NCBI GenBank assembly: GCA_035285545.1
Contig: JAYKGY010000110.1
Span: forward strand, 1-10,245
Direction of reading: 5' to 3'
DNA from: Snowella sp.
GTDB taxonomy: Bacteria > Cyanobacteriota > Cyanobacteriia > Cyanobacteriales > Microcystaceae
Length of the DNA stretch: 10,245 nucleotides
Shown: piece by piece, positions 7,551-10,245 of the stretch
Numbering within the stretch: position 1 is the first letter of the stretch
Layout: each line of letters begins with the position of its first letter
Translations under genes and position numbers: made by a program
Notes under the pieces: model-generated
The model's input: the letters and a program-made list of their open reading frames with translations, nothing else
What the model was told of the DNA's origin: nothing
Database searches by the model: none

Positions 7551-7928
7551 CTATTCCCACATTGCCTTGGCATAATTTTCCAAAATCTTGACATCCTTCG
7601 TCAGCAAAATATTTTCCGTGATCATTGCCTGAGCCACAATTAACCGATCAAACGGGTCACGAGTCCAACTTAACCCCAACCCATAGCCAACAACCTGATT
7701 AAAATCTTTTTCACAGATCCTTAAACCCACGCGATCGCCCAAATCTAGGATAATGCTATCGGCTGGAACCGAAACCCGTTCAATTTCATAGAGATATTGC
7801 AACTCCAAACGTACCATTGGCGAAATATAAAGATCATGCTCATTTAATAACGCGATCGCCAAATTCGTGAACCTTTCCGTCAGTCCGCCATACAACCAAA
7901 CGACAATATGCGTGTCAAGGTAGATCAA
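7551..7928 (-). CDS. vapC: PIN-domain (VapC family) toxin, TA pair 2; start revised to TTG at 7928 (125 aa)
   Basis: IYLDTH, ISPMVRLE, RDPFDRLIVAQA, LLTKD motifs; AGGAGG (7935-7940, minus strand) lies 6 nt before TTG-ATC-TAC-CTT-GAC; overlaps the antitoxin by 14 nt. Confidence 0.9.
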   Translation of the reverse strand: MIYLDTHIVVWLYGGLTERFTNLAIALLNEHDLYISPMVRLELQYLYEIERVSVPADSIILDLGDRVGLRICEKDFNQVVGYGLGLSWTRDPFDRLIVAQAMITENILLTKDVKILENYAKAMWE

Positions 7929-8151
7929 GATTAACCTCCTGTTCCCAACCGAGAGAAACCAACTCATCAGGATCACCTGAAATAACATCAGGACGACGCG
8001 CCAGACGTTGTAACTTATCTACCGCTTCCACAGGAACAATTCTTAAACGTTTCCCCCCGCGATCAATCTCCAAAGGAATTCCCGTACTTAAAACCTCATC
8101 CAAAAGATTGTAAAGATTGCCCCGTAACTCGGTTGGTGTAACACTTTTCAT
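7915..8151 (-). CDS. Phd/YefM family antitoxin, TA pair 2
   Basis: VTPTELRGNLYNLLDEVLSTGIPLEIDRGGKRLRIVP fits the Phd fold; acidic C-terminus; upstream of and overlapping the PIN gene. Confidence 0.85.
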   Translation of the reverse strand: MKSVTPTELRGNLYNLLDEVLSTGIPLEIDRGGKRLRIVPVEAVDKLQRLARRPDVISGDPDELVSLGWEQEVNLDLP

Positions 8152-8163
8152 TGTTATCTTCCC

Positions 8164-8200
8164 ATAACGTACATCTCTTTTAATATAACGTACATACGTT
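8164..8200. promoter_or_regulatory. Candidate operator of TA pair 2: direct repeat ATAACGTACAT twice, plus palindrome AACGTA-CA-TACGTT
   Basis: Identical 11-mers at 8164-8174 and 8185-8195 (21-bp spacing); dyad at 8187-8200; directly upstream of the antitoxin ATG at 8151. Confidence 0.65.
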
Positions 8201-8224
8201 TAGAATATTGTCACCGCGTCCTTG

Positions 8225-8245
8225 TTGTACAATAAAGCTGTACAA
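8225..8245. promoter_or_regulatory. YefM-YoeB type operator with paired TGTACA palindromes
   Basis: TTGTACAA (8225-8232) and TGTACA (8239-8244), 13 bp centre to centre, 18 nt upstream of yefM. Paired TGTACA cores are the known operator of E. coli yefM-yoeB and of axe-txe. Confidence 0.8.
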
Positions 8246-8262
8246 GTTAGAAAAAGAACCCC

Positions 8263-8547
8263 ATGTTAAGCCAAGACATAACCTACTCCCAGGCGAGGGC
8301 AAACTTAGCCACCATGCTGGATCAGGTGCATGATGATCGCCAAATCGTCATTATTCGCCGACGCAACAATAAAGACGTAGCCCTGATTGCCGAAGAAGAA
8401 CTATCCAGCCTTTTAGAGTGCGTGTATTTGTTGAGATCTCCCGAAAATGCCAAACGATTATTTCGGAGCCTAGACTGGGCGGCCACCACCACCGAAGAAA
8501 GCCAAAGCTTAGAATCCTTAAAAGAGGAGTTGAGCCTTGGGTCGTAA
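8263..8547 (+). CDS. yefM: YefM/Phd family antitoxin, TA pair 3
   Basis: ITYSQARANLATMLDQV, IVIIRRR and YLLRSPENAKRL are hallmark YefM segments. Confidence 0.93.
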   Translation: MLSQDITYSQARANLATMLDQVHDDRQIVIIRRRNNKDVALIAEEELSSLLECVYLLRSPENAKRLFRSLDWAATTTEESQSLESLKEELSLGS

Positions 8548-8851
8548 TGACAAGAAACAATCTGGTGAACCGCCCAAAACCCATCACAAACCGCTTTTTA
8601 GTCCCGACTTCAAGGCAGATTTACGTTGGTGGTATCGTACCGATAGCAAAAAAGCAGACAAGATCTTAGATTTAGTTGCCGATATCTTAGACGGCGATCC
8701 CTTTCAAGGAATCGGAAAACCTGAACCCCTGAAATACATTGATAGCAATACCTGGTCAAGACGTATCGACCTAGAACATCGCTTGGTTTACCAAGTTAAG
8801 GAAAACTGTATTTTTTTTCTACAAGCGCGTTATCACTATCAAGCAGATTAA
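8537..8851 (+). CDS. yoeB: YoeB/Txe family ribosome-dependent mRNase toxin, TA pair 3
   Basis: PFQGIGKPEPLK, WSRRIDLEHRLVY, ARYHY; TTG start after GAGGAG (8524-8529); 11-nt overlap with yefM. Confidence 0.95.
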   Translation: MGRNDKKQSGEPPKTHHKPLFSPDFKADLRWWYRTDSKKADKILDLVADILDGDPFQGIGKPEPLKYIDSNTWSRRIDLEHRLVYQVKENCIFFLQARYHYQAD

Positions 8852-8888
8852 AATACTAAAAAATCCACATTTTTTAAAACTATTAATC

Positions 8889-9119
8889 ATGGAAATTCCT
8901 CTCAAACAACTTCCCCAACAATTTCAAGAAGTTATTACGGAATTGCAACATACTCACAAGACCCTAATCATTACCGACGAAGGAAAACCACTCGCTACAA
9001 TTGCCCCAATAGCCCAATCAAAACGTGCGCCCTTTGGTTGCTTAAAAGACAGCTTACAAATTCTTGATGATATTGTTGCTCCTGCTGTGCCTGAATCCGA
9101 ATGGGAAGTTTTTCAATGA
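8889..9119 (+). CDS. Phd/YefM-like antitoxin, TA pair 4
   Basis: LIITDEGKPLATIAPI (Phd strand motif) and RAPFGCLK...DDIVAP...EWE tail; ATGA overlap with the PIN gene. Confidence 0.82.
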   Translation: MEIPLKQLPQQFQEVITELQHTHKTLIITDEGKPLATIAPIAQSKRAPFGCLKDSLQILDDIVAPAVPESEWEVFQ

Positions 9120-9505
9120 AAATTCTTTTAGATACTCACATTTGGCTTTGGTATCTCTTCGGTAGCTCCAAATTATCCCCTACTCTGCAAATAGAGATCA
9201 GTAATCCTAATAATGAATTGTGGTTAAGCCCCATTAGCATTTGGGAAACTTTAATGCTGACTGAAAAAGGAAAAATTACTTTGACTAAATCTCCCGAAGC
9301 ATGGCTACAAATGGCATTTACAACCCTTGAAGTTACTGAAGCTCCCCTGACAAATCAAATCGCTATTCTCAGCCGAAAAATTGAACTTCCGCATCAAGAC
9401 CCCGCAGATCGATTTATTGCCGCCACAGCCCTTTATTACGATTTAGTATTAGCAACCGTTGATAAAAACCTTACTTCCGCTAAACAAATTCTAACCCTCA
9501 GTTAA
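9116..9505 (+). CDS. vapC: PIN-domain (VapC family) toxin, TA pair 4; start revised to ATG 9116 (129 aa)
   Basis: MKILLDTHIWLW, LSPISIWE, HQDPADRFIAATA, LATVD; ATG 9116 overlaps the antitoxin stop TGA 9117-9119. Confidence 0.92.
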   Translation: MKILLDTHIWLWYLFGSSKLSPTLQIEISNPNNELWLSPISIWETLMLTEKGKITLTKSPEAWLQMAFTTLEVTEAPLTNQIAILSRKIELPHQDPADRFIAATALYYDLVLATVDKNLTSAKQILTLS

Positions 9506-9517
9506 ATAGTCCCGCCT

Positions 9518-10245
9518 ATGCCTGCTGTTAAGCCTGAACGTGTCACCCAAAATCGAGTCATTCAACTTTTTTGCAATGAACTTCACTACACCTATCTCGG
9601 TGATTGGCAATATCGCCCCAATAACAGCAACATCGAAGAAGAACTATTGGCCCAATATCTCGCCAAACAGCGTTACACCACCGCTCAGATTTCTAAAGCA
9701 ATCCTCGAACTCAAAAAAGAAGCCAATCAATTTGATAACAGTCTGTACGAACGCAATAAAGCCGTTTATAGCCTCCTGCGCTATGGCATCAAAGTCAAAA
9801 CCGATGTCAGCGAAAAGACCCCAACTATTAAACTGATCAACTGGGAAGAACCCGAAAAGAATGATTGGGCGATCGCCAAAGAAGTGACCCTCAAAGGAGA
9901 CCATGATCGCCGTCCCGACCTCGTACTCTATCTCAATGGCTTAGCGATCGCTGTTATCGAACTAAAAAAAAGTAGCATCTCCATCGGTGAAGGCATTCGC
10001 CAAAATATCTCCAACCAACGTCCTGAATTCCACGAAAAGTTTTTCAGCACCGTTCAAATTCTGATCGCAGGCAATGATTCCCAAGGATTGCGCTATGGAG
10101 CCATCAAAACCGAAGAAAAATATTACTTAGCCTGGAAAGAAGACCCCGAAGATGATAGCCGTATCCAACTCGATAAATACCTGCTCAAACTCTGCAATCC
10201 CCAACGTCTTCTGGAAATAATCCATGACTTCATTGTTTTTGATGC
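9518..10245 (+). CDS. hsdR: Type I restriction endonuclease subunit R, 5' part (continues beyond the window; absent from the ORF track)
   Basis: Manual translation from ATG 9518 is open to the window end: MPAVKPERVTQNRVIQLF...YLGDW...LLRYGIKV...LINWEEPEKNDWAIAKEVT...RRPDLVLYLNGLAIAVIELKK...GNDSQGLRYG...LLEIIHDFIVFD, with the PD-(D/E)xK nuclease motif. Confidence 0.95.
   Translation, partial: MPAVKPERVTQNRVIQLFCNELHYTYLGDWQYRPNNSNIEEELLAQYLAKQRYTTAQISKAILELKKEANQFDNSLYERNKAVYSLLRYGIKVKTDVSEKTPTIKLINWEEPEKNDWAIAKEVTLKGDHDRRPDLVLYLNGLAIAVIELKKSSISIGEGIRQNISNQRPEFHEKFFSTVQILIAGNDSQGLRYGAIKTEEKYYLAWKEDPEDDSRIQLDKYLLKLCNPQRLLEIIHDFIVFD

Larger units (their letters stand above)
1690..9951. repeat. 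Dispersed HIP1 octamers GCGATCGC (cyanobacterial signature)
   Basis: Copies start at 1690, 3419, 4113, 4382, 4758, 7420, 7731, 7852, 9869 and 9944; well under one copy is expected by chance in 10 kb. Confidence 0.9.

Noticed and set aside
7929..7988. ORF-track start at 7988 for the reverse PIN gene (likewise 9101 for the last PIN gene)
   Set aside because: PIN domains start just before the first Asp; TTG 7928 has an AGGAGG site and ATG 9116 gives the usual ATGA coupling.
8351..8669. ORFs 8351-8587 (-) and 8418-8669 (+)
   Set aside because: Overlap the well-supported yefM-yoeB genes.
7535..9505. CTCGGTTAA/CTCAGTTAA near the ends of the three-TA block as a target duplication
   Set aside because: Only 8 of 9 bases match and both copies are coding; not distinguishable from chance.
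5605..9517. Integron-like cassette array mobilised by the recombinase
   Set aside because: Gaps are mostly too short for attC sites, no repeated attC-like structure was seen, the lone GTTAAAT at 9501-9507 lacks a proper partner, and the recombinase does not resemble IntI.
9540..9904. ORFs 9540-9836 (+) and 9644-9904 (-)
   Set aside because: Out-of-frame or antisense to hsdR, which starts at 9518.
8811..9971. T8 in yoeB (8811-8818) and A8 in hsdR (9964-9971) as slippage switches
   Set aside because: Short tracts in AT-rich DNA, both genes are in frame, and the runs are explained by Phe and Lys codons.
1..10245. CRISPR array, tRNA/rRNA, IS element or replication gene
   Set aside because: No repeat-spacer pattern, structural RNA signature, transposase or Rep ORF was seen; plasmid origin is inferred only from the par module and gene content.

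Overview
Cyanobacterial DNA (10 copies of the HIP1 octamer GCGATCGC), most likely from a plasmid or integrative element. From left to right: a 545-aa tyrosine recombinase with palindromes upstream; a convergent short ParA plus small partner gene (type Ib-like partition module) bracketed by a perfect 17-bp inverted repeat and 8-bp-period arrays; then a type I restriction-modification locus (hsdM, hsdS, and an hsdR that starts at 9518, runs off the window and is missing from the ORF track). Four apparently intact type II toxin-antitoxin pairs are interleaved in the R-M locus: one antitoxin-PIN pair between hsdM and hsdS, and three pairs (Phd-PIN on the minus strand, YefM-YoeB, Phd-PIN) between hsdS and hsdR. 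The most notable layout feature is that hsdR is separated from hsdM-hsdS by a convergent TA operon and appears to be the fifth gene of a unit starting at a TGTACA-operator yefM promoter. All product calls come from motif recognition by eye; no searches were run.
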